Of a stretch of 64,000 nucleotides of DNA, positions 1 through 14,100 are shown one piece after another. The notes under the pieces were generated by a model, which made no database searches, was not told where the DNA came from, and was given only the letters and a program-made list of their open reading frames with translations. Position numbers and translations under genes: made by a program. Origin of the DNA: the human T2T-CHM13v2.0 reference genome, Homo sapiens. Numbering within the stretch: position 1 is the first letter of the stretch; each line of letters opens with the position of its first letter. The stretch is taken from assembly GCF_009914755.1 (NCBI RefSeq), contig NC_060934.1; one strand, given 5' to 3'.

Positions 1-498
1 CTGGTCAGACGCTGCTAACACCATCCCGAGCATCCTCCACCTGTTCTCAATCCCTGCCTGGCAGGATAGGCAGACCCTGCATCTCTGCTCTCCCCTCCTT
101 TCCCCCCCGAGTAGAGCTCAGTGGAAGTGCCACTTCCTCCAGGAGGTCATCCCTGATTGTCACAGATGGGTCAGCAAGTGCAGACAGTACATTTCCTGCC
201 TATTTATGAGGACGGAATGGCAGCAGCCCGCGGCCTCCTGTGCTCCGTCCTCTGTGACATCACCTTGGTTGTCATGGAAACCACCCTGGCATCACAGTGG
301 AGCCTGGATGCTCTTGCTAATGTCCTGCACTATTGCCTCACGTGTGTCTCTCTCCTCTGGCAGTTGGACTACAGTGTCTATGGCCTCCTTCACCCCTCTC
401 CCTGACAGGGCTAAAGTCTGAAAACAGAGTCTTGTACCTAGGAAGTGATACTCCCTGGGTGCTTACTATGTGCTAGCCATGGCACTATATATTTCAAT

Positions 499-793
499 TT
501 TTTTTTTTTTTTGAGATGGAGTCTAGCTCTGTTGCCCAAGCTGGAGTGCAGAGGTGCGATCTTGGCTCACTGCAACCTCCGCCTCCGGGTTCAAGTGATT
601 CTCCTGCCTCAGCCTCCAAGTAGTTGGGATTACAGATGCCCGCCAGCCATGCCCAGCTAATTTTTGTATTTTTAGTAGAGATAGGGGTTTCACTGTGTTG
701 GGCAGGCTGGTCTCGAACTCCTGACCTCGTGATCTGCCTGCCTCAGCCTCCCAAGGTGCTGGGATTATAGGCGTGAGCCACCGCGCCAGGCTG
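499..793 (-). mobile_element. Alu (AluS, Sc/Sg-like)
   Basis: Full dimer with polyT; GACCTCGTGATC diagnostic deletion; TSD tatttcaat; inserted in a MIR. Confidence 0.93.
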
Positions 794-821
794 TATTTCA
801 ATATTTTTAAATTAAAAAACA

Positions 822-944
822 TTTTTTTAGAGACAGGGTCTTGCTATGTTGCCTAGGCTCATCTTGAACTCCTGGCCTCAAGCAATTCTCCTGCCTCAGC
901 CTCCCAAAGTGCTGGAATTACAGGTGTGAACCACCCGGCCCAGC
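822..944 (-). mobile_element. Alu left monomer (FLAM-like)
   Basis: agacagggtcttgctatgttgcc...ctcccaaagtgctgg. Confidence 0.85.
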
Positions 945-1120
945 TGCTCACTGTACTTCATGTACATTATTTCAGTTAATCCTTGTAGCCACCCACCAAG
1001 AAGAAGATGCTATCATTACTCCCATGTCCCAGAAGAGGAAGCTGAGGCATAGTCAGTTAAGTCACTAGCCCAGTGGCAGAGCTGGGATTTGACTCCAGTG
1101 CCAGCTGACTCCTAACCATC
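945..1120 (-). mobile_element. MIR
   Basis: Core gaggaagctgaggc...gttaagtcact...ggcagagctgggatttga. Confidence 0.8.
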
Positions 1121-3004
1121 GTGAGCTTTTGTGTGTGTCTCTCTCTACCTTCCTACCCTCCTGCCCTCCTCTGCTGGGAAATCTCCAAGCCTGCACTCAA
1201 GGTCACCCTGGCCCAGGCTGTCTCCCTCTCCTTTTGCCTCCAAACCCTCCCTCAGCACCCAAGTTCACTTGGAGGCCCAGCTCCCTGGCAGCCTTCCCTG
1301 CACACCCACAGCCCCCACAGTCTCTCTCCCTTTCCAGTGTCCTCCTGCGCTCCTGGCTTGAGCACCTGTGTGGGACCTGCCTGGCCTCCTTAAGCTCAAT
1401 GACTGTCTCTGGTACCCTGATCTGGCTCTTCTGGAACAAGGGACACATGAGCCTGGCCTCCTCCCTGCAGGCCTTCCTGATAACCTTTGTTGGCGCCGAC
1501 CTCAGGCCTTGAGTGAATCACAGTCCTGTCTCCACACTCGTTACAGAAACTCAGCTAGTGACAAAGGGCCTCAGCTCGGGTCCCCAAGCTGGGGTGGGTG
1601 GTGGTGGGGACTTCCTGACCTTCCCTGCGGCTGCCAGGCTCTTTCCTCTGGTTCCTGCAGCACCAACCAGTGGCTCCCTCAGTGGGAGGTTGGAGCCCAG
1701 GCCTCCCCAGGAGAAGGGCACCAGGAAACCCCAGGCAGTCACCCTAAGCACAGTAGGAAACACAGGCTTTTTGGACAGCTCCCTCCGGCTATGTCTGGGG
1801 ATGGCCTGGAGGGAGGGAAAAGGGGTGCATGAATGCCCCAGCACCCCTGCCCCCAGGGAACAGCCTGCAGCCAGGTGCCAGTCCCTGCGAGATGAAGCTC
1901 GTTGACACTGCGCTTGGCAGCCTTGTCTTCCCTGCCCTGTGTCACCTTACTGATGCCTTCTAGTGTCACCTCCAAACTGCTTGAGCCGCAATCCTCAGCC
2001 TCAGATCTGCTTCTGGGAAATTCCAAACCAAGATGCCTGAATTTCCTTGAATTATTTCCTGTCTTGGGCAGCACAAAGTGTCCCCTGCTCGTGCCTATTA
2101 AGATCCTCGTGGCTGCCAGGACCTAGCACCGTGCCCAGCACATGAGGGGGCCAGCATGGGGATAATGCATGTCCCCCATCCACTGGCTCCTGAGGCAACA
2201 CTGCAGTTCTCCAGGGGTCTCAGACCAGGTGACAGGCTCATGGGTGCCCTCTCCTGCTTGGGGTGGGGGCCAGGAAGAGGTGCCCCTGGCAATTAACCTT
2301 CAATTCCCTGGCTTGCAGGCACAGCCTGGTCTAAGCTGCAGCCTGCCTCTGCCAAATTAAATCAGACCTGGCCACAGCCAAGCTCCTGCCTCTGAGCCAT
2401 TCAGAGGAGCCAGTCCCTTCTCCCTGTCCATCAGCCAGGCTCCTACTGGGATCTTCTCAAGGGCTCAACTCAGGCCTCCAGGCACCCTCCCAGGCACCGC
2501 ACCAGGGATGCTCCAAATGCTCCAAGCCTGGGGTTGCTCTTGAAATCGGCTGGGAAAGTTCTGAGAGCCAGAAAGAGCACTGGACTTGGAGCCAAAAATC
2601 CTGGTGCTAATCCAGTTTCTCTGACCTCAGGCAACCATTTCCCTTCTCTGGACTGCACAACCTGCAAAGGCTGGGCTGGATGATGTCTGGGGAACTGAGC
2701 TCCAAAGCCTGGGACCAGGGGCAAACCCTCCCACCTTGCCTCTCACTGGGACACAGCAAGGATGGAAGGAGAGGCTGCTCCGATGACTCCAGAAACTGCA
2801 AACCCACGTAGCTGAGAGATGAGTCGTGTTTTGTGGGCGCTAATGAGCCAGCCTCTGGCACAGCCCCTTCGGCAACAACAATAGTAACAACTGGTACCAT
2901 TCATTAAGACTGCATGCTGGGCAGCATGCTAAGCCCTTGCCAAGCTTCATTGAGGGGTAGGATAGGTAAGAGGTTCTAGCCCATATTTGCCAGTTATTGG
3001 CGTT

Positions 3005-3756
<752 letters not shown>

Positions 3757-4089
3757 CTTTCTAGACCTCATAGTAACCCTATGCTGCCACTTCTATGGTC
3801 CCTATTTTACTCCTGGGGGAACATAAGGCCCACAGACAGTCATCCTCTCCATTTATTGCATTTACTGTGTCCATCCTTCAGCTAGCACGAGGGATATGGT
3901 AGATGCCTGGCAGTAATGTCCCGGCCCTCAGGGTGTGTGCAGCCTCTCAGGGAAGCCGGATGTTAAGGATTTAATTACCTCTGTGGTATATGCCACAAGT
4001 GAGACGTCCCAGTATTGGGGTGAGAGGTGGGGATGGCAGGCCCAGGTGTGGTGAGTAAGTGGTGAGTTTAGGTGGGGTTAAAAGATTGC

Positions 4090-4352
4090 CTGGGAGGCCA
4101 AGGCAGGAGGATGGCTTGAGTCCAGGAGTTCAAGACCAGCCTCAACAACATAGCAAGACCCAATGTCTACAAAAAATTTAAAAAATAGTGGGGCACGGTG
4201 GCATGTGCCAGTAGTCCTAGTTACTCGGGAGGCTGAGGCAGGAGGATTGCTTGAGCCCAGCAGTTTGAAGCTACAGTGAGCTGTGATGGTGCCACTGCAC
4301 TCCAGGACTGGGAGAGAGACAGAGACCTTGTCTCTAAAAATAATAATAAAAA
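4090..4352 (+). mobile_element. AluJ, 5'-truncated
   Basis: ggaggatggcttgagtccaggagttcaagacc; A-rich tail. Confidence 0.9.
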
Positions 4353-5070
4353 ACGGTTGCCCCACCTGGCACATAGCTGGTGGGGGGCTGAACCAGGATC
4401 TGAAGTTACACCTGTGAGTCCAAGGCCACCTCCCTTAACAGCTCTGCCACCTTCCTTCCCAGGAGCATCCCAAGAGGGAAAAATGATTATAAAAAGCCAA
4501 GCTGATAATCAGCTCCTCATGCACTTTCTGCTAAACAGCTGAGCTGCCAGAACACCTGGAATTTCCCTGGGTAGAAAGTTGGGCATCATTGTGGTGCAGC
4601 CTCTTGGCCTGTTGCCTGCACCTACTGGCCTTCTAAGAAGTTTGGGGGGAAGTAAGCATTGCATTTGAGGTGGCCTTCCCACTGACCTGGGGCACGTAAC
4701 TACCTGGGGTTGGGGATGAAGTTCAAAGTGAACACCCAGCTGGGCCACTGGAATCAATACGCAGGGAACGTGCCCACTGAGATGAACACCCTCCCCCTTC
4801 ACCCTGGGCGCCAACTCAGTGGTTAGTCCACCTCAGAGCTGCACCGGGAGGGCCAGGCAGACCTCGTCCCCGGGCTACTGAGCAATCTGTGCAAGGGCAG
4901 CGTAGCAGCTGGAACTACCAGAGGGCCCAGAAATGACAGCAGCAGCAAGTGGGGCAGAGACTCAGTCCCTGGGAACAGGCATGTCCTCCCCTCACACAGG
5001 AGCAGAGGGAAGGGATACCAACAGGTCTCCAAAACCTGGAGTTTGGAAGAATATAAAATGTCCCTCTGGT

Positions 5071-5372
5071 GGCCAGGCATGGCAGCTCACACCTCTAATC
5101 CTGGCACGTTGGGAAGCCGAGGCGGGAGGATCGTTTGAAGCCAAGAATTTGCGACTAGCAGGGGCAACAGAGCCAGACCCCGTCTCTACAAAAAATAAAA
5201 ATAAAAAAATTATCCTGCCATGGTGGTGTGTGCCTGCAGTCCCAGCTACTTGGGGGCTGAGGTGGCCTGGGACGTCAAGGCTGCAGTGAGCCACGATTGT
5301 GCCACTGAGCTCCAGCCTGGGCAATGGAGAGAAACCCTGTCTCAAAATTAAAAAAAAAAAAAGGAAAGAAAA
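5071..5372 (+). mobile_element. AluJ
   Basis: Diverged dimer with polyA. Confidence 0.9.
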
Positions 5373-5394
5373 TAACCCCAAAACCTCCCTCTGG

Positions 5395-5540
5395 GATCTT
5401 TTAAGGGAGATGGAACTGCTCTAAAATTGGATTGTGGTGATGGTTGCACAACTGTAAAAGTATTAGTAATCAATGAATTAATTGTACACTTAAAACAAGT
5501 ACATATTATAGCATGTAAATTATACCTCAGTAAAGCTGTC
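5395..5540 (+). mobile_element. L1 (L1M-type) 3' end fragment
   Basis: gattgtggtgatggttgcacaactgt...attgtacacttaaa...aattatacctcagtaaagctg, typical of old L1MB 3' UTR. Confidence 0.8.
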
Positions 5541-8500
5541 TGGGGGAAACTCTCCCTCTGGCTCTGACCACTGAGCCATGCTCCGGGCCACATGTCCTGG
5601 GTGGGGTTTTGCACGTAGCCATCTGCGTGCCCTCTGGACCCATGACCAAATGGGCCATTCATGAGAGAGGGTGTGGGAAGCCAAGGGCTCAGTCTGTGGT
5701 TTGGGAGCGGGAAACCTGGTTTTCTGAGTGCTTCTAGAACCGGTTTCCCTGTGTCTGTTCCATCAGAGGAGCCTGTACCAGCCAGGCAGCACCCCTCCTC
5801 AGAGGCCTGAACCCTCCTGGGATAGGAAGCCCCTCCTTGGAGCTCCTGAGGCTGGGGGAAGGGTCTCAACAGGCTGCCCTGGGGGGCCTGGACCAGACTT
5901 GGCAGTCTCAGCAAACCTTGTACCTTTTCAGGGATGTGGCCCAGCAGGAAACCTGGGTTCCCCTTAAAAGATCCCAAATGTGGCACATGCCTTCAACTCT
6001 ACCTTCAGCCCCCGTGGTGACCATGGCAACCATGGCGTCCTGATGCAGTTATTCTGCCCTTCTGTCTGATGAAGGGTCCCATCCTGAAATTTGGAGCTAG
6101 TTGCCCCAGCCAAGGGTCAGGTGCTTCTCACTTCATCCTCAGCTCACCCCCGTGTGGGGTGTGGACTTGGAGCTGAAGGGCAATGGCATGAGTCCAGCCT
6201 CTGACACTTCCTAGCTGAGAGGTAAGTCAACCAGTCTCAGCCTAAGGTCCCTCATCTGCAGAAAGGAGCATGGGCCTCCCTGGATTGTACGGATGCTCAA
6301 ACAAGATAAACCATGCTCAAGGGTCCAGCACGGCTTTAGTACAGCATCAGCCAGACGCTGGGAGCTGTAATATCCGATATGGCCATGGGGTGGAGCCAGA
6401 TACACATGTATCTCATGAACCGAGGGCTTCAAAGTGACCCAAAGTTACAGACGTGCCCAAACTCCAACCACCCTCAAGATCCAACTTACAGAGCCTGTGA
6501 AGGGGAAGGAGTCACAAGGTCTCTGGATGCTTGTCCCTTTCATCTCGGACTATGTCTATGAATATCTCCCATTCCCACAGCCATCCAGCCCCTCTCTAGA
6601 TCCTGACTGTTGCATGCTTGGACCACTGCAATAGCCAACTGGTTCTGCTAGGACCTCAGAATGTCAGAGCCAGGAGATAGCCCAGAGACCCCTAGGTTCT
6701 GCCCATTTACCTGATGCTGAAGTGTAGCGATTGTTAATGACTGCCTCAGGCCTATCTCTTCTTGGCCTAGCCCTAGCCAAAAATCCCTTACTCTCACGGA
6801 AGATGAAATTTCTTTCAATCCTTGAAACACAATCTCAGGGACTCCCTCTGGCCTGGATGCCCTCCTCTGCCACTCTCCTTGAGTAGTGAGCTCTTGCTTT
6901 AGTCTCAGCCTGAATGCCACCTCCTCAGGGAGGCCTTCCTGACCACCTCAGCAGGCTGGTTTGTTGCTGCGCAAGGCCCTGCACCTATTACAATCAGTTG
7001 TTCTTTTTCTGTCTTCCCCATTATCAGCAGCTGTTATAAGCCCTGTTTTATAGGCAAGGACATTGAGGTTTTGGGAGTTTAAATAATTCCCAGGCCACAC
7101 AGCAGGTGGGGGAGGAGCCAGGGTTTGCCAGAGCCTATAATGGTCTGCTGCCTCCTGTGGAAGCAAGCCAGGCCCATGCCATGCTATCCTCCCCCTTAGA
7201 CCACCAGGGCCCCGAGAGTGGGGACTGAGCTACTTCTGAAGTCCCGGGCCTCACATAGAGATGATCTAGAAACACTTGCATGAACACACGCCTCCCACAA
7301 GAATGCAACAGAGGAAGGCTGGTCCCAGTGGCCGAAGACCCAGGTTCTAGGTTCAGTTCTGCCTTAAACTCCCCATGGAGGGGTAACTACCCAGGGACTA
7401 GGAACATGGAGGGTAGTGATAACCACAGGGGAACCAAGACCCACCTTGAACACAACATAACAGCAAAGCAGGCCTCAGCGCTCTTCCAGGGCTTACCCCT
7501 TCCGCCAGAGGCTCCAAAGGGCTCTGTAGGCCTTCCTTGGGGGTAAGAGAGTGGGCACATGGGGGTCTTGAGGTTTCAGAGAACATAGAATGCACAAGCC
7601 CAAGAAATTAATGGGGGACCCAGTCTACCCCCACACACTCCTGCACCAGGATACCCTTCCCTGCCACCTTCCTCCCCACCCTGAAGAAAATCCTGTGCCA
7701 GGCCTGAAAACAGAGTCATCTTCTCTCCCTGGACATGGGCCTCCCAGGCGTGTGCGCTATGAGCTGGGCTGGACTGGGGGTGTTTGAATCTGCTTCCCTC
7801 CAGCTCGCCGACCCAGCATGACAGCTGAGCCTGCAGAAGTCCTTGTTCCCCACGGCCAATGCCCCTTTCAAGTGGGTTGGACACAGCTTCCTGTGGGCAT
7901 TTTCCTGCCACCTGCCCACCCAGGTTGAAGGGGGCATGGCAGGGGATGGACAAGGTTTATTTATCTAACGTTCTGTTCCCTCCCTCAGCCTCCCACAGCT
8001 CCAAGGTCCAGCTGGCCCTCCTGCCCATCAACATAAAGAGGCTATTTGTGCAGCAGCCAGTGGCAGGGGGCTGCAAGGACAGTGTGGCCCACGTCCCTGG
8101 CCAGATGGGTGGTGGCAGGGCTTTACAGAGCACACAGAGCCATCTTGATGATAGGTGTCTGACCAGAATGCAGCCAGGCATGTGTGGGTGGACTTTCTAC
8201 CCCAATCCCCCAGGAGAGACAGGGACTTGGGATGCCCTGGAGTTTCCAACAGCCTGCAGGGTGGTAGGGGCAGCCTCGCTCCACAGGCAGCACCAGCCCT
8301 GGCCAGGACTCCCAGAGCAGAGAGGGATGCGGTGAGATGCTCCTCTCCCAGCTCTCACCTTCAGCTCGGCCAACCCAATTCCATTCCCCCAGCCTTTTTG
8401 GGGTGGCTGCTCTGTACCCAGGCCTGGGCTAATGGAGGAAAGGAGAAGAAAAACAGAAAATCCCATTTCCTGAGCTTTTGTGATGGGTTAAGTACATAGG

Positions 8501-10299
8501 GGCATTTTCTACGCATTTGCTCCCTTGAACCTCACAATCATTTTGCCACATGTACCACGGGGGCCTTGCACAGATGGGGAAACAGACTGGAAGAGGAGAA
8601 GTGAGCCATTCAAGCTCACAGGCAGAGCTGGGTGTCCCCACAGTTGCCACTGCAGTTAATTTAACTCAATTCACAATTTCAGCTTTGACCCTTGAGGTGA
8701 TTAGCCTACGCGGTCCCTGGCATACAGCTGGCACTCAGTAACTACCTGCAGAGTGAAGGGAGGCTGCTGTGGAGAGGTTCCAGGGCTCTGTCCACAACCT
8801 TCCATTTGCCTCCTAGGAAAAGGAAGGGAGTAGGAGGGTGTATGACTCAGTGCCCAGTTTGTGATCCACACGCATCATCCCAATTCATTCTCCCCAGTGC
8901 CGGAGCAGTGACTCCGGGTGACTTACAGAGAATGGAAGGCCACGCAGTCAACCCACAGCAATGCTGCTGGTGAGCAGGGAAGCCTGGACTCTAACTCAAG
9001 AGGCTGGCAGCCAGACATAAGCCGAGCAGTCGCCCTGCCTTCCCGAACAGGCCAGACCTGGCATTCGACTGGGATTGGGGATGTGGGGCTCCTGGAGGAG
9101 ACACCCCACATTCTCAGTGCTATTCCAGCTGCACTGCCACACACACCACCTTGCCCCTCGTCTTCCTACGGGAACCCTGAAGCAGGGCTGGCAGAGTTCA
9201 TCTGTCCTCCTGGGCTCTGCTTCTCCCAGGCAAATGGCAGCAACAACCTCTGTCCCCCTCACTGGACTCCCCACAATTTTACCATGCAGTCCAAGATGAA
9301 ACAACCATCCCCAAAATATAAATGGGAGGGGAGGATGAGAAAGTCATGCAGAGGAGAGTGTTTTCTTGAGTCTGACCTCCTCCCACCCCAGGCCCCAAGC
9401 AGCATCTGCCTCTGCCCTGGCCCTCCTTCCCTGGCAGCCTCCCTCAGTGTCCTAAGCCAGCCCCTGCACCACCTTAACCAGCCCGGCCCAGTTCCCAAAC
9501 CTGTGCTCTGGCTGGGGCAGGCCTCCCGCAGGATGGCCTCCCCTTTTGGCCTGCCCTGGGGTTCCCCGCAGGAGGCAGGGACACTGGGGGTGGACTCTGC
9601 CCCATGGGGAGTGTTGGGGGCCCCTGATGGGCAGGCTGAGGCAGGGATGGTTCTGGCCTGGCCTCAGTCCATCCTCCTCTCACCCCAGGTCCCTCGGAAC
9701 ATTGGGGCATTGTTCTACTGTACAACAGAGGGTGGCTCTGTGGCCCTGGGCTGAAGAACAGAAACCAGTTTAGCAGGGCTATCTGCTCCTCCCATGCAAT
9801 GTCAAGAATTTAACCAGGATCATGGCTGGCTTCAGCAGGAAGAAACAAGCCGAAGGGATAAGCCCAGGGTGAGAGCAGGAAGTGGGAGGTGACTGTCTAC
9901 CCACTGTGTGGGCCCACTATGTGTCCCATCGTGGGTAAGAGGTGGGCTGGTAAGGCCAGTGGGCTGGTAAGAGGCCCAAGAAGAAAGATACTAAGTGAGT
10001 GACAAGAGCAGGGCAGATCAGCTCAGCCCTGGCCTCAGTTTTCCCCTCTGTGATATGGGTGCACCAAAGGCATGTGTGCCCACCCTGCCCACAGGCTTGG
10101 ACTGCCAGCAGTGGTCAAGAAGGCTGCAACCTCAGCCCTGAGGCTGCAAAGGCAGCCTTGCATCTCCAGAAGTGGAGAACGTGTGTATGTATGTGGAGGG
10201 AAGTGATGTGGGCCTGCTGCTGCTGTGCGCTTCCACCCGGGATGTCCCCATCCCACCATGATGGGGACAGCAAACACTGGCCTTGGCAGTGCTGACACC

Positions 10300-10476
10300 G
10301 TGCCAGGTTTGTTTGGCACTTTATGTGTGCTAAAGCATCATCCTCGCAACTGCCTTTGGAGGCAGCAACGATTCCCACTCTACAGATAAAGGAAACTGAG
10401 GCACACAAGGGCCTTGCAACTTGCCTGAGGCAAGTGGCAGAGCTGGTCTCTGACCCCTGGCCCCCTGACTCCGGAG
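10300..10476 (-). mobile_element. MIR
   Basis: acagataaaggaaactgaggcac core. Confidence 0.8.
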
Positions 10477-11306
10477 AGGTTGAGAATCCTCCTGGCTCTG
10501 CTCCCCGAGGTGGGCAGTTCAATGTATAACTCTATTAAATAGCCTGGCTTTATTTTGGCACAGTTGGGCAATCACCCAACACTTACTAGGTGCCAGGTCC
10601 TGGGGGTCCAGAGATGTGGGTTCCTTGGTGGGGAGAGATTCATAAACAGATCCCAAGGCTGCCAGGTTGCCAGCTCTAGGGAGGGCTTTCTGGAGGAGGG
10701 GCTCAAGCTGAGTCTGGAGACAGAGTAGGATGCAGTTCCAGAGCGAGTGGGAAGGAGAGGAGGGTGCTCCTGGTGGAGGGAACCATGGGGCAGAGCATGG
10801 AGGCTGGCGACAAGCTAAGAAAAGAATGAGGGCGTGGCCACTGGGCCAGGAGGCTGCAGAGATGCAAAGGTGGATCCTGGGGCCCTACGGCCAGATCTTT
10901 CTCCCACCAGAACTGCATCCTCCTGGGAATCTACAGACAGAGTTCCTAGCGTTCGTTTCAAAGACTTTTAGATTCCTTATTTCCACTGGATGAGAATTTA
11001 AAATGGAACACAAAGAGGCATTTCTGGGTCACGCAGTTGACCACGTGGTGAGTCCTGCCGGGCCAGTTTGGGCCTGCCTTTAGCTCCTGTTTGCCCTTGT
11101 TGACACCATATGGGAGGACTGCATCTGGGGGTGAGGGGCCTTGCCTGTGGAAGCAAGGGATTCTCAGGAGATCAGGCAGAGCAAAGCAAGGGGGAGCTGA
11201 GTCAGTAAAGTGGCCTCAGGACACTGTGCCAGGAGGCAGGTCATGCTCACAGTGGGGTCATCTCAGCTGCTACAGAGGGTGTCTCTTGGTGTGGCTTCCA
11301 TGTGTC

Positions 11307-11615
11307 TTTTTTTTTTTTTTTAAGATACAGGGTCTGTCTCTGTTGCCCAGGCTGGAGTGCAGTGGTGCAATCATAGTTCACTGTAACCTCAAACTCTGGG
11401 CTTAAGCAATCCTCCTGCCTCAGCCTCCTGAGTAGCGGGGACCACAGGCGTGTGCCACCATGCCTGGCTCATTTTTTTTCTTTTTTCTTTTTTTTGTAGA
11501 GATGGGGGTCTCACTATGTTGCTCAGGCTGGTCTCAAACTCCTGGGCTCAAGCAATCCTCCCGCCTTGACCTCCTGAAGTGCTGGGATTACAGGCATAAG
11601 CCACCGCACGGGGCC
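11307..11615 (-). mobile_element. AluJ
   Basis: Dimer, polyT, J-type ctcaagcaatcctcc. Confidence 0.92.
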
Positions 11616-12057
11616 AAGGGCATGTCTTTATCTGCCTTCTTTGGGATTTGGTGACCAAGGGTCTCCTCATCCCAAGCTGTCACATGGCTCCCCAGCAATT
11701 CACACAGGAGAGACCAAGAAACTACATCAAGCTTCTCTTGCCCACCCCTGCCCATTGACCCCTTATGACTGCAGGGCAAAGGGCTGGGGGCTGGGGGGCT
11801 GGAGGGGCCTAACAGAACTGCACCCAGGCTCCAAGGCCTGCCTCCCCACTTGGCTGCATGGCCTGGGGAAGTCAGGTAACTGCTAGCAACTTCGCTTCCC
11901 CATCTGCTAAATGGGGATAATAACATCACCTTCGTGGGTGGCCTAATATTTAAATGAATATTTAAATAAGCATGATGTAGACTACAGAGGAGGTGACCAA
12001 TACAATAAGGCAAACACTCTTCCTTTCCCTTTCTGCTCCCCTCCCTCCCCCCAATCA

Positions 12058-12059
<2 letters not shown>

Positions 12060-12104
<45 letters not shown>

Positions 12105-12109
12105 TACAC
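12060..12109. repeat. (CA)n microsatellite, about 19 perfect units
   Basis: Read directly from sequence. Confidence 0.98.
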
Positions 12110-12142
12110 CCCTATTCAACTGCTGACTTTCCAAGAACACAC

Positions 12143-12477
12143 TGCTAGGGACCAAATGTTTGTGTCCCACCTAAATTCATATGTTAAATCCTAACGCCCA
12201 AGGTGATATAGTAGGAGCTGATTAGGCTATGGTCATTAGCCTCATGAATGAGATCAGTGCCTTATAAAAGAGAACCCAGAGAGCTTGTTTCCCTGTCCAC
12301 CAGGGTAAAGATGACTATGAACCAAGAAGCAGGCCCTCACCAGACACTGAATCTGCTGGTGCCTTGGTTTAGGACTTCCCAGCCTCTTTCATAAGAACTG
12401 TGAGAATTTTATTTCTGTTGTTTATAAGCCACCCAGGCTATGGTACTCTGTTCCAGCAGCCTGAACAGACTGACACA
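12143..12477 (+). mobile_element. MaLR solo LTR (MLT1A-like)
   Basis: tg...aatgtttgtgtccc..aaattcatatgtt...ggacttcccagcctc...tataagccaccc...gactgacaca. Confidence 0.85.
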
Positions 12478-12944
12478 CACCATCCTCAAAGGAAAACATC
12501 AAAGGGGCTGAGGCCGGTACCCACCTACTCTGGCTGGGGTGGAGGTGGGGAGCGGGTGCTGACGAGGTTGGGAAGGCGTAGTGGGTGTGAGCTGAGTGAT
12601 GGGTTGGGTCAGGGCTGTGGTTAGAACCGTAGGTCTGGGGCCAGCCAGCCTGGCTTGGATCTTGGCCCTGCACCTGCCAGTTGGGTGACTTCAGGTGAGT
12701 GGCTTCATGTCCCTGAGCCTTCAGCTCCTTGGTAAAATCATGTCACAGTCGTACTTACCATGTAAGACCATAGTGAGGGCTGAATGACAACAATCATTCA
12801 TCCAACAGAGACCCTCTGAGACCCTGCTCTGGGACATGCACTGTTCTGGGTGCTGGGGATACAGCTGTGAACAGAACAAAGACAAGTTCATACTCTCCTG
12901 GAGCCTGTGTTCTAGTGGGAGGGGCCAACAATAAACACAGCAAG

Positions 12945-13550
<606 letters not shown>

Positions 13551-13859
13551 TCCTTCCGTGTGAGGAGGCAAAACCACCATGGCTGCTCTGTGCCAGGCTC
13601 ATCAAAGGTGTCCATGAAGAACATCCTTTCTGTGCAGGGCCAGTGGTCTGGAAGAGCAACCACTAACTGACCGGAGATGGGTCTGGCTCTCCGCCTGCAG
13701 AAGCCAGCGAGTGGCCTGGGATCAAAGCCGAGGCGCTCAGGCCTGCTGCCCACCTCCCCCACTGAGTCTGGGCTGTGACAGACCTTGTCTTCTCTGGAAG
13801 ATGGAAAGGGAAGACGGTCCCCCACCCCAGCCCCCATGAATTCTCAATGGACCCTGCAG

Positions 13860-14100
13860 CAGCACACTTGAAAGAAGCCAGGGGTTATCTACAAAATTCC
13901 AATTAAATCCACAGGCTTTGATAATTTGATAAGCCACTCCACAGTCGCCCCAGAGTCAAAATATGCTGTTACTCGATCCCGTGTTTATGTTCTAGGCTGG
14001 AGGGAAGGGAGGTGCACAGTCGCCTGGAAAGGTCCAAACAGCCGGAGAGGGAGGAGGTGCAGGCACTAGGCTGACACGTCGGCAGCCTGTCAGCCGAGGG
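13860..14100. promoter_or_regulatory. Candidate enhancer: NKX2, three GATA, homeobox and MEIS/TGIF motifs
   Basis: CACTTGA 13865, TTATCT 13885, CAATTAA 13900, TGATAA 13919 and 13927, inverted TGACA pair 14069-14095, in sequence not recognisable as a repeat. Confidence 0.45.

Noticed and set aside
8918-9754. Longest ORF (278 aa, plus strand)
   Set aside because: Starts at GTG rather than ATG, has a P/S/G/L-rich composition typical of GC-rich intron, shows no recognisable domain, and is antisense within intron 5.
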